In this document: one piece after another, positions 38,901-51,027 of the stretch
Layout: each line of letters starts with the position of its first letter
How positions within the stretch are numbered: position 1 is the stretch's first letter
From: Podarcis erhardii
Taxonomy: Eukaryota
Strand: one strand, 5' to 3'
DNA length: 64,000 bases
NCBI GenBank assembly: GCA_964252035.1
Contig: OZ176200.1
Notes under the pieces: generated by a model
Seen by the model: only the letters and a program-made list of their open reading frames with translations
Told to the model about the DNA's origin: nothing
Database searches by the model: none
Translations under genes and position numbers: made by a program

Positions 38901-40205
38901 TGCATTAACTAAAGCATCTTTAGTTAATGCAATAAAAAATTCCTCAGCGATGACATTCAGCATTAGGGATTAAAAATGGATCTCAGGATCTCTCAACAAA
39001 AGAGGGATTAACTTGAGCTGGAATACATAGACTTGTCAACTCTAACACTTAAAAGACACATTAAAGCACTCCACTGAATAAAAAAAGAGAAAGATGTAAA
39101 TGTACAATGATTATGCTCGGATAAAATTATTTCCTCTACTCCCAAGCTAATAAAGCTTCAATGGCACTTCTGAAAATAAAGTTATTAAAATAATCATAAT
39201 TGATTCACACAGGAATTCAGACTATAACAACACACACACACAAATAAATAAGATAAAATATCATTTTTCTCTTGGATGTACACAGATGCAAGTCTCTTAG
39301 AGAAACACATAATATAGTGGCTGAAATAGAACTTTCCTTGTGAAAGGGGCACTTCACAAGCAGGAAAAATTATATAGGAATCCCAAGGAGCAGAAAGAAC
39401 TACTCCCTGGAACCTGTGCCTGCTCCCCTGATTTACAAAGAGAGTCCCTGCACTACCAGACTGATTGGTCCACATACTGTTCGGTGAATCAGGAGAACCC
39501 TGAGAAGATATCCCCACAGTGTAAAAGCCCAGGGCCAGACACTGGCCCTTTAACTGGTCATGTACCAGTATTCAGGGGGCTGGGACCTCTAGCACAAGAT
39601 AGAAAGATCTGCCAGTCGCTCCGGGCCACTGCTGAGACAACTTGTATGTTCTGCCTCAGCTGCAGGCTTATTAACCATATTCCTAAAACATACACCCAGA
39701 TCCCTCTCCAAGGTGCTGGTCCTGCCTTATCTCACTTTCCTGTCTGTCTGAAACTCCAGGATTACTGACCCCTCCCCCCCCCCCGCTTGGTCCATGGCCT
39801 ATCTGCAGTGATGGGGAACCCCAAATATGAGATAATGTAGCCTAGCATAGTTCTGTTTCTGCTAGAAGCATCTGTGTTTGATAACTATTTTGACATCTAA
39901 TATATTTCTCCTGAAGCTATATTTCTCCTGAATATACTTTTAAGTTAGATTTTTTAAAAATGCATTTGAGAGAGGTAGATAAGTTTTAACATACCATCTG
40001 CATGATGAAACTGATGGTGGACACGCAATGGGCTTTATGAGATGTTCTTAGTTATCCTGAATTAAAATCCAACTTCCAAGTCCTCATGGTTTTGGACATC
40101 CACCAAATGTAATTCTGGCAGGATAACTACTTACTGCACTGCTGTGAACATGCTGCAGATCATGCAGTTAGAGTATCCACTGAGGTCCACTGAATTTCCT
40201 TCAAA

Positions 40206-40208
<3 letters not shown>

Positions 40209-40247
<39 letters not shown>

Positions 40248-40283
40248 CATGTGTGTGTGTGTGTGTGTGTGCGTATGCGTGTG
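40209..40283. repeat. Interrupted (GT)n microsatellite
   Basis: Read directly. Confidence 0.95.
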
Positions 40284-41422
40284 TTGGGACACACAAATTT
40301 ATCTTCATAAAAATAAATTGTCTCAAGTAGATGAGAATGCATCCTCTAGCCAAGCAGTAATCACTGGGGGATCACTGACTTGCAAATATGGCTTATCCTG
40401 CCAATAGCCCAATAAACCAATAGCCCTAGACTTCAGTGATTATGTGATCACACCAAGGCCAAGGCCATATTAAGACAATTTACTGATTCTTGATTAATAA
40501 TCCTGCATTTTTGCTACTAAACTTTGTCCCAGGATTATTTTTTAATGAAATAAATCAAAATTAATGATCATTTAATTAAGAGATAAATTTTATCTCTGCC
40601 TCTAATGTCTTCACAATTTGCCTCAGTTTTGAGCAATTACAAACTAATGTATTTTAATATATACATTCTTTTAAAGAAGTTTGTGAAGCTATAAGCTACA
40701 GCATAACTACAATATTCAGGGTATATTTTGGTCAACTATATCAGAGGGAACTCAATGAATCCTACCTAAAAGTTAAAAACAATTGTGACTTCTTTTACTA
40801 CATATTAATCTCACTGGAAATAGTATTATGTCTTTACTGGAGCCCAACAGAATCATCATTTTCCAGTGGACATGCAACAACTGAGTGCTTAATCCACAGA
40901 ATGAGGGGGCACGGGAATAAAGGGAAAGGAAGAAAATATGAGCAAATAAACACTATGGTTATGCACATGTTAAGCAGGGGCATTTTCTTCATAAAGAGTA
41001 TCAACAAAACATGGCAAGCACAACTTGCGTATTAGGAATACTGTCTTATAATAAATTTTGGGATGCTTTTCTGTGGCCTGCGAGATGCAAGTTAGCAGTG
41101 GACTCCAGCCATTTCCCAGCAAATGTGACAGAAGCCACCATCCTAACTGACACTAATTGGCATTCTGATGGCACTTCCAATAAAAAGGCCAAATATTGAG
41201 CGGCCCTGAAGAATGAACTGTCCCGTTATAGCCCCTAAAACTGATCCCTCCATCTAGGTCAGACTGAAAGCATTCTAGAAGCATATTGAGGTAGGCTTGC
41301 TGAGCCGCTGGGAGTCCTCTGCATATATCATTAGTGTAAGAAGCACTTCTGTTTGTTCACACAATCCCTGGCACTTTTTAAGCAAGCAGTTACAGTAGCA
41401 CGTTAGCCTCCTCAATAAGACT

Positions 41423-41703
41423 CAGAGCTAGGCCTACCATTAGGCAGAGGGAGTTAGCTGCCTCAGGTAGCAGGTAATAGGTGTTGGGGAGTGGTGGGGA
41501 GCTGAAGGAGAACAAGGCTTATGTGCCTGCCTTGCACTCCCTAAACTATCTGGCTGCCATCAGATTTGGTGAGCAATGCTGTCCTGTTGCCAGTTCTGAA
41601 GTAAGATTCAGTTGCTAGTCCAGCCAGCTCCTGTAACTGGAACTAGGAAGGCAGCAATCTAGTCCTTTGCCACAAACAGCAAAAAAAAATTGGCCTAGTC
41701 CTG
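41423..41703. mobile_element. Old hAT-type MITE, 281 bp
   Basis: Degenerate TIRs CAGAGCTAGGCCT...TGGCCTAGTCCTG; 8-bp flanks ATAAGACT and ACAAGAGT match at 6/8. Confidence 0.6.
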
Positions 41704-44700
41704 ACAAGAGTTTAAGAGGCAGTAATTAACACCCACCATGCACACACCCGCAAAAGACCAGGTTACTCTAGGAACTTTCTGGTTGAAGAATGAGATATAA
41801 ACTTCTTCTTCTTCTTCTTCTTCTTCTTATTATTACGAGACATCTGCATGAAGCCTTTGCCGAGAAGAATGTTTTAGGGCCATGCAGAACCCAGAGGCAT
41901 GCTAGAGAAAGACAACAAGAGCTGCAGAAAAACTGCATGTGCTAATGCTAAGTCTAGATGGACATTTAGAAATAATTACTATCAGTGTTCGAAATTAACC
42001 AGGCGCCAGGCATGTTTTGTGACTGGCGCAGATCCAACTGCGACCACGTGGAGATCTCTGGAAGCCAGGTTGGTGACTGGGGAAAGCAAAATATCACTTA
42101 GAGAAGGATCTGAAATATTTCCCTTGAAGCTTTCGTTTGTTTTATTCAGGATTATTTTATTTGATGTTTCAAGGTGTTGCACACTGCTTGGAGATTTGAG
42201 ATTTGTTCTTTAAAATATAAAGCAGTACAGAATTTGAATGAATGAATAAATAAATAAATAAATAATCAAATAAATAAATAATCAAATCAGGTGGAGGGAA
42301 CAGCACCTAGACATTCCATTGTGATGACTGCAGCCCAGCTTTAAGGTGGCATTTGGCAATTAAATTAGATATCTGGGTTTCAAACAGTGATTACTATGAT
42401 TAAAACAGAAATACGGTGTCTGATCATAGTGGGAAGTCCACTGTCTAGGTGCTGTTGATAGGAAACTTCAAGACCCCTGCTCTCCCTGTTCACAGTTCTT
42501 TATCTTTAAAGTGGATGCCTTCAAACACAGGACTTTCCTTTGTGAAGTAGGACATGGGCGCACACTACTTCTTTGAAAGCATCCACAAATATGTTGACGG
42601 GGTGATCCAGCATACATTTTCCACTTGGACTTCTCAAAAGTTTTGGGCAAAATTCCACACCAAAACCTGTTGAGTAAACTTAACCATAACTGTAAACTAA
42701 GAAGATGAGTAGTCTCCTATTAACTAAGTTAGAAACAACAAGGAAGAGAACTCGGGGGTTGACATACAGTGCTGCCTCACAATGAAGGAAAGTAAGCAAT
42801 CTATGTAGGGATCAGTGCTATTTAATTTATACCTAAATGATTCAGTCAATAGTGAGGAGTGAAGTGACAAGTTTGCAGATGACGAAGTATTATTCAGGAT
42901 TGGTGAAATGTCAAGTGCATTGTGAAGGATCATGCCAAACTGGGTGAATGGGCAACAAAGGAGCAAATGAAGTTTAAAATTAGCTTTGTTTTTAATTGCT
43001 GGACTAGAAGGGTGAGCAGCTTCTGAGAAAAATGAAGAAGAAAAGGGAAGAGGAAAAGTATTTTGGTAGCATCTCAAATACTGCAAATAGGCAGAGGAAA
43101 GATCAGCTACATCTGCCCCATAATGAATTCACAATCTCATTTTTTAAAACAATATACATTTTGAATGTGTGAACATCACCCGGGTTGGAAGAGTTCAGGC
43201 TAATCCTAGGTGGAAAGGCCTTATATTTTGGGAATACCTTTCTGAAGGTGCAATAAAGGTAGCCAGGTGTGATGCATGCCCATAACGCATGAAATAAATC
43301 TCGATCATGTTCCCTTTGTCCCTGACACCCCAGAGAAATGTTCCATCTTCCGACAACAGCACTGTTCCCACATGTTAGCCTCTGAAAGACAAACTAACTT
43401 TAAGGATAAGTGTGATATTAAACATAATAATCTGCAGCTCCTCCTATGCCTAAATGCAAAACTCCAAGCATGTAGTGACAAATATAATTCTTTAGATGAG
43501 CAAATTCATTATGATATAATTTTAATTAAGTTGCAGCAACTAATTCCACAATGTGAAAATCATCACCATGAATTTAGTCACGGAAAAGAAGTTGGAACGA
43601 ACAGTTGATGCTGTTGATGCCAAATAATGCCATTTTCTGTAACGCAATATAGCAGCTCTAACGCGCAACATCTCTAATCTACGTTCGGGAGCACTACAAC
43701 ACAGTGCAACACTGACCAGACTCATCTGCCTTAAATATTAATCACAAAACTGTCCTGGGATAAGAAGTCTCAAAACACTTGCATTATGAGGACAAACGCT
43801 AGCAACTATTGTGTCAGCTCAGGAAAGCGACTTGAGAAATGATGAATGGCAAACTTAGGGTAGTCAACCAACAGTTACCCATAATTTTCTGGATAAAAGA
43901 CTTTCAGGTGGCACAAACAGTAATTAATCTGGAATATCTTCACATCATCAAATAATCATAGCACCCAAGGACTGCTGCCACCCCCCCCAAAAAAAATAAA
44001 GCATGCATACACTTACAAGAAGAATATTAAAACCTCTGATGACTATTTTATGAGGTTTGGAATGTTTCTCTTTTGGATTCTGGCAGTAAAAGTTTTCCTA
44101 GTATTATTTAGGTTTTTTTGCCCGGGGGGTGAGGGTTGCCTTTTAGTCCACGTCGGCTTGGCCTACCTCTTTTATTATGTTCTGTTACTATCCCCGCAGG
44201 AGCTGATTGCAGCTGTTCTTTGTTCCCCGTTAAGTTTTGGGTACAGTATCAGACAGAGCTTGCTGTCTCTCTGCGAGCGGTGCCTTTAATGGATTTGCCA
44301 TGGCAGAGCAGCAGGGGGAGATCACACCCTAATGATTAAGGCAATCTGGTTAGGCAGGCCTGGGAAGGAGGATTCCGGATAAAAGTCAAAAAGGACATTA
44401 AGATGGGATATTTGCACCTAAATATTACAACTCCAAGGTTCCTCCCCAGGGACCTATCATTTATCTTTGAATTACTGTATCACTGAAGGCAAAGAACTTT
44501 ATGTTCCTGCCGCTTGCTGCTTACATTATAACCTCCTCGGCCTACGTCACCTATTACTGAAGTTAACTTTCGTTTGGAGTCACTTTCCGGATATACAATG
44601 TCAGCTATTTAGAATGCAGCCTTAAGCAATCTCTTCCTCCCCATGCCCCTCAAAAAGTTTCACAGAAGTAAATAGTAAGGCAATAAAATATAAAATTCAC

Positions 44701-45519
44701 CCCACAGACAGAAGAAACGGGGAGGAACATCTGGGACATGGGCTAGGCCAATGAAATGTGATTAAACTCAGAAGTGTAAAATCATTTCCATTATAGAAAA
44801 GCAATATATCTCCCACAGCAGCTTTGACATCTGTCAGATTTAATGAAAATGATGATGTGGCTGATGAACACATATATTTGCCTTGTAGCCCCTGGCTCAT
44901 AAGATGTGCTCTGTCAAAGGCTACAGCAGCAGCCAGGGCTTTCCAAAAACCTCAGATTTTCAATATCTAAAACACAGTGCAAATGTGTTCAGTACTGAGC
45001 AGATCTGCTCCCTGGGGAGCCCAGAGGCAGGATCACATGACACTTCAAACATGGCCGCTTCCTGCATCAAAGAAGGCATGTTTTTTGCACCATGTAATGT
45101 CTCAGGCCACATTCATGCCATACATTTAAAGCCCTATGGTTCCCGCCCCCAATAATTATGGAAGCTAGAGTTTGTTAAAGGTGCAGAGATGTCCCTATTT
45201 CCCCCACAGAACTACAATACCCAGAATTGCCTGGGAAAATAGATTGATTGTTAAATCACTCTGGCGGGCTGCAATTCATTCTCCAAAAAGTCAGTGCCAC
45301 CCGAAGTAAAATAATGTTTTGTTTTTTAAAAAAATGTTTAAGAAGTTACAGGTGTCAACCATTGCACTAGCTCATGGGCTACTAAAAGATCCATATTTGC
45401 GAGAATTCCTCGTGCATGCAGTCCGCTCGCACGAGAAACACAAAGCCAGAACAAAGTATTCCCAGAATCCACAGGAACAGCTTCCTGTGAAGAACATTTC
45501 CTATGCTCTCAACATGGAA

Positions 45520-45830
45520 ACGTTCCTGGATTATTATTTTTTTATTCAGTCCAACATTTATACTACAGCTTTCTACAATAAAGATCACACCCAAGGGAGC
45601 TTACAAATAAAAATATAAATCACAACTTTTTTAAATAAAAAATAATAATTAAATAATAGCACCCAAAAAATTCATCAAAACCATATCACCAATAGCAGAC
45701 GAATATATCAGAACAGACTTTGATTTTTTTATTATTATAAAAGCTCATCAGAATAATAATTAAAAAGTCTTAAAGAGCTTGTTTAAAGGGGGTCAAAGAG
45801 GTGATGGTATTCAACAGGTTAGATTCCACA
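45520..45830 (-). mobile_element. Degenerate L2-like LINE 3' remnants
   Basis: Reverse-complemented T-rich tail and a TTCCACAAC/TTTAAA..GTCTT pattern like the RT C-terminal remnants elsewhere in the window. Confidence 0.4.
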
Positions 45831-47529
45831 ACTGAAAATGTTTGCTGTTGTGTCCCATGTAACCACAAGGGTCCACCAATGTGTGGGGAGACCCTTAGTT
45901 CCCTGCCCCAGCTCAAACAGTCTCTGAATTAATTTGTTCTAGGTAGCTCTTTATCCTATCTAATCTTGGTTTTGGTTTTCCTATTGGTTAGTTGTATGTT
46001 AGTAAAATGATTGTTAGTTGCTTGGAGGGACCTAATAGAAAGAGTCAAAATATTTTAAACAAACACATACCCACCAGAGAAGCTAAAATGGCATTGACCT
46101 GGTCAGTGCCCTGGATTGAAAACTGCTGCAAGTCCTGCTTTAGCTGCTCTGAGCTTTTTCAGTGAAAAGCAGGATATTAAGAGTGGCATTCAACATTAGT
46201 CCTACTCAGAGTAGACCCACTGAAATTAATGAACTTAAGGTAGATGTGTCAGTTAACATCAGTGGGTTTACTCCGAGTAGGGACAATTAATATGAATTAA
46301 AAGTGAACAGCACTAATTCCCAAAAACAGAGATTATTATTTTTTTTAAAAGAAGATGCAATGAAATATTCAACAAAGCACAGTTGCAGGATTCAGTAGAT
46401 CAACCTCGCACAGCCCTATACTTATACTTAAAAAAAAGACATTAAAAAAAAGTCCATTATGTTTTACAGAAGCAGGAAAGGCATACTCAGAAGATTTAAT
46501 GCCTTTTATTGTTATTACAGGAGCTTTTCCGCCCCCTCTCTCCACACACACAAGCCTCTCCTGCTGCAGTCTGTGTCTTCCATGGATGATTCAGAATTCT
46601 TCAGCCTTTTGAGAGTTTACCTGAAAATTCCGGTGGGCTGTGGGTGGCAAGTGTAGAGGCAGCAAACGAGTGGGAGAAGGTTGGCGACAAGGTTTGGAAT
46701 ATGTGAATATCAGCATCAACAGCAAACCCAATTGAACTACTTCCCATTCTTATTCTAAACAACCCCATCCCAATCAGCCAGAGCCTCACAACAGAATTAT
46801 GGCTCATTTTACAACGATCAGGAAGAGCTGGGGCTGTTTTAAGAGATTCTCCATTCATAGTTTCCTTGAATCAATCACTCTTCTCTGGGTAATCAGGAGA
46901 GCCAGCGGTTTGGTTTGGTTTCACAGTCAGTGTTTGAAACTCCCATTGTTCTAGGCGCATTTTGCGACAGGGAATTTCATAAGCGCGAGCAGTTTCTGAG
47001 CTCTGGGCGCTGTACTGCGCCTAAGATTTCAGATTAAAACCACAGAGTGGAAGGAAAGGAGGACCTTTTTCTGCTTCCCCACTTCCAGCTCCTCTCTGGA
47101 CACTGGAGAAGAGACCCTTCTTAAGGATATTAGGGGGGTGGGCAGGGGAAGGACTAGACCATATGAAAAATGAACATAATATTTTAGCTGCAGTTCATTC
47201 ATTTTCAGCTTTGTATTCTTGTCATAAAAAAGTGTGCCTAGACATTCCGTTGCTGTGCCCATAACCTGGGTTGAAGGTGCCATTTAGCTCCTAGCTTTCA
47301 TATCTCAGTTGCCTCCTAGCTCACATCTGGCATAACACTTAAGTCAATGTACACTGCCAGGGGATGCCAAACCTTTGCGCTGCCTGGACTGCAAACTGAT
47401 TTACATACTCCTGTATCCCCAAAATGGCAAGAGCACATCAATGGTACTTTGTGCGCTATTTGTGTCTGCATCTCAGCGAGCAAGGGTTTCAAGATTCATG
47501 AAAGGCATATGAGTCCATTCCTACATTTG

Positions 47530-47667
47530 CGTACCCTCCAACATTTCTCTGATGAAAATAGGGATGTCCTATGGAAAAGCATGACATTCTGGGATCAAAT
47601 CAGAAACTGGGGTGGCTTCTGTAAATCCAGGACTGTCCCTGGAAATTAGGGACACTTTGAGGGTCTG
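47530..47667. mobile_element. 138-bp TIR MITE with an apparent 6-bp TSD
   Basis: Ends CGTACCCTCCA and TTGAGGGTCTG are imperfect inverted repeats; CATTTG flanks both sides. Confidence 0.75.
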
Positions 47668-48157
47668 CATTTGCACCTATGTGTACAAAGGTCTGATGGG
47701 GCTAGCAAGAACAGCTGAGCTAGTTCTGCCCCTTGGCTGACGATGCATATACCATTGACACACTGCTGCTGCTGAATGTTCAGTGGTGGCTTGAAGAGGA
47801 CCTACACAAACACAAATGTGAACAGTAGGCCCTGTTCAGACTGCTTGACATGGAATGGAACAAGCTTACCATATGCATCAGCACAAAGGAGGCAGAGCTA
47901 GCCTGCACATTCTCATGGCCCCTTTCATGGGTTCAGTACCCATAAGTAGAAAAAGCCCAAATAGGGGCTTTTTGTCCATAATCTTGTGTGTTTCTCTGCA
48001 CAGCAAGTGTGCTGCTGTCCTGTGAAGAACCTCAGAACTAAAGCAGGACAAGCAGATTAAAAAGACACCAAGGGGGCAGGGGGGGATCCAAATCAAGTTT
48101 CTCATTTTTAAAAAAATAAGTAAATCCTGTTTTTTGAATAAGTGTGCCTGCTAATTA

Positions 48158-48171
48158 GTTGCTATAGCAAC
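48158..48171. promoter_or_regulatory. Perfect palindromic RFX X-box (GTTGCTATAGCAAC) next to a homeobox palindrome (CTAATTAG)
   Basis: Exact 14-bp match to the RFX palindromic consensus GTTRCY-AT-RGYAAC, in TE-free sequence. Confidence 0.55.
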
Positions 48172-48949
48172 AGTTTGCAGCTAAGCAGCATCTGGAAATG
48201 TAGCCCCAAACTTTTCACCATGCCGTCTCTTGCCCTGCTGCATTACAAAGGTACATCCAAACACCCTCCAGCAAGCGTTTAACATAGGAACAAAATATAT
48301 AGAGGTGTCCTCAAATGGCTTGGAATCCTGGCTCAATGGGGTGTGCGGACATGAGATTTAAATCTGCTAGCATGCCCACGCTTTGTGCGATTCCTGCCGG
48401 AAATGCCAGTGTACATGGAACAATCCAACACAGAGTTACCCATGCTTTAAAAACAAAAAACAAAAAAACCCCCAATGATTCAAGTGAGCTTAAGCACTCT
48501 TCACTTTGCCTTGGGTTGTGGCAACTATGAAATCAATGGATTCTTGTTTAGCACTCTGTGCACATCCATGGATATTAAGAAAGATCACTTACTTGGAACA
48601 CCCTCCTGCCTTCCTCTCAACACATTTGCCGCACTGCTCATGCTAATATCTGGCTTCCCTTGAAGGGTTTTTGAACAAATACTGCTTCCTATTTTGAGAG
48701 GGGTCATGGGCAGTGAACATGCCAGGACTGTGCACCAGCCTTGCCCCTATTCAGGGGCTGTTGGAAGGGACCCTATGTGCATATCAGCGTGGGGATGTAT
48801 AGTAACCTCCACATAAGGGAGGGATCATAGGTGAATCAGCATCCTTCCTGGAGGAGCACTAGGCACTTATGTTGCTATGCACACACAACTCCCTCTTGTG
48901 CTTGCTAAACATTTGGCAACATGGTGCTGGGGGCATGGCTGCTTCAGGC

Positions 48950-49130
48950 GCAGGGCTAGGATGTCTTAAGGTGGCTTGTCTGAATCCCCTTCCACTAAGG
49001 CCTTATTCGAGACCAAAGCTCTTCAAAGACAATACCAGAAAGGGCTAAAACCGATGAGCTGGGGGAGGCAGCTTCCAGATAGGGGTGCTCCAACCCTAGC
49101 TACCATGCATTCCTTAGAACATCTATAGAA
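48950..49130 (-). mobile_element. Degenerate L2 fragment
   Basis: The reverse complement contains TGGAAGCTGCCTCCCCC...GTCTTTGAAGAGCTTTGGTCTCG, which resembles the L2 RT C-terminus. Confidence 0.45.
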
Positions 49131-50182
49131 AGCCCCGGTGCACATAGAGCTAGCTAAGGATACATTTTCCCCTCCCCCAAGTGCCCCAGAATGAAGCTAT
49201 GGGGAGAGGGGTTATAGCAACGTTAAAATGGCAGCTCACTGCCACCTGTAATGGCTGCTAAGTAATACCACAGATGGGGGCCCATTTAAAGTAAGAGGAA
49301 GCTCACTGCTGTGATCTCTCTGCTCTGAAACAGCCATAAGGAAGAAATTGGAAGCTTCCACTTCCATTCTAAATTAACCACAAATTTAGTGTGTTGTCCA
49401 AACCGTCAGCTGTGGCTCATCTTGATTAGGATGGTTTGTAGAAACAAGCCAGCGTGATACATTAAGGCTTGATGTTGGCTTCTTTCGACAAATCATAGTG
49501 AGGATGAACCTCAGAAGTAGCAGCACGCTATGTTTGATCTAAAACAGAAGTGAAAGCTTTCAAACTCTTCCTTGCACAGCCACACCGAAGGAGGAGAGGG
49601 ATGAGACGGAATGGGTAAGCACATTATTGTAATGCTAAACCATGGACTAGCTTTATAGCTAAACAGGGCCAATGTTTTGGTGGAGGGTGGAAACAGGCAA
49701 GGCTCAAATAATTAAACATATTTGCATTTTCTTTGCTTTTGTATAGATTTTAGTGTTGTATTGATATTATCCTTTGTTTATTATCCTTCTTATAGAAAGG
49801 AAAGATTTCCCAAAGAGCTGCTAGGCTGCATCACTGGTCATTTCTCACAGTTGATTGGATCACTCTCACGTTGTCTTGTCTTCTTTCCACTGTATCACAT
49901 TTATGCTCCCCGCCAACACTTTAAAAACCTTATGTAATTCTGCAGCATCCTCTTCACCTCTAGTCATTCTTTACTAATTTGCCTTGCTCATCTTCATATC
50001 CGTTCCTCTAAAAAAAAAGTACCTCCAGCCACTGTCATCTAACACATCTGGGCCACACAGGAATTTATTTTGCCCCTGGCATTAAATCCCAAGGCAGAGT
50101 GGTTTGCATGTAAAGTGGCCTCTGTAGACCTTCTGATCATACTCACATAAACCTCAGGCAGCTCAGAAAGGGGAAACCTCTG

Positions 50183-51027
50183 CATGAAGACGTCAAATCA
50201 GTAATGATTAAATGGGCACAGGATTTAGGTCATAATATACAATTTGAGGATTGGATAAGACTTGGAAAAGTGAATTTGAAATTTACAGATTGTATATTGT
50301 TGAAAGAGAAATACATTAAAATGATGTATAGGTGGTACATTACACCTGTAAAACTGGCAAAAATATATAAAACAGAACAAAAGAACTGTTGGAGGTGCAA
50401 AGAAGGGGAAGGTACATTTTATCACATGTGGTGGGATTGTAAGATTATTTTTTAAAAATGGGAAATGATAAACAATGAACTTGGAAAAAAATGTTTAAAA
50501 TAACATTTGTCAAAGAAACAGAAGCTTTTTTGTAAGGTATTTTAGGACAAGAGTTGCCGAAAGAAAAACGGACACTATTTATGTATGCTACAACAGTGGC
50601 AAGAATTTTAATAGTCCAAAAGTGGAAGACCGGAGATGTGCCATCAAAAGAACAATGGCAAGAAAAGTTGATGAACTATGCTGAGTTAGGAAAGTTAATG
50701 GACAACCTGCGTGAAAAGGTCAATAGTGATTTTGAAAAAGAATGGGAACCCTTTACAATATATTTGCGGAAACAAATAAAAAAAAAAAATGGACTTGTTG
50801 GCAGGATTTAAATAAACATCTACAACTTTATTTACAGAGAACAAGAAGTATAACAATGTGATAACATTTATATACAAACAGCAAAATGTATCATTTGATG
50901 TAACAAACCAGAAATGGAAGCTGAGGGAAGTCAATAGGGAGGGGGAAATTGGAAAATGAATGATTAGTAATGATATTGGATATTTGTCATGAGAAAAGAA
51001 AATCAATAAAAATTATTTTTTAAAAAA
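50183..51027 (+). mobile_element. L1-clade LINE, 5'-truncated
   Basis: ORF2 C-terminal zinc knuckle CWRCKEGEGTFYHMWWDC and LFMYATTVARILIVQKWK...WQEKLMNYAELGKL, with an A-rich tail. 18-bp TSD AGAA(A/G)GGGGAAACCTCTG (1 mismatch). Confidence 0.93.

Noticed and set aside
46601-46858. 85-aa minus-strand ORF (MNGESLK...) as a CACNB4 exon
   Set aside because: It crosses the donor in phase 1, which is incompatible with the phase-0 GSADSY exon. Only the alternative 32-codon frame fits.
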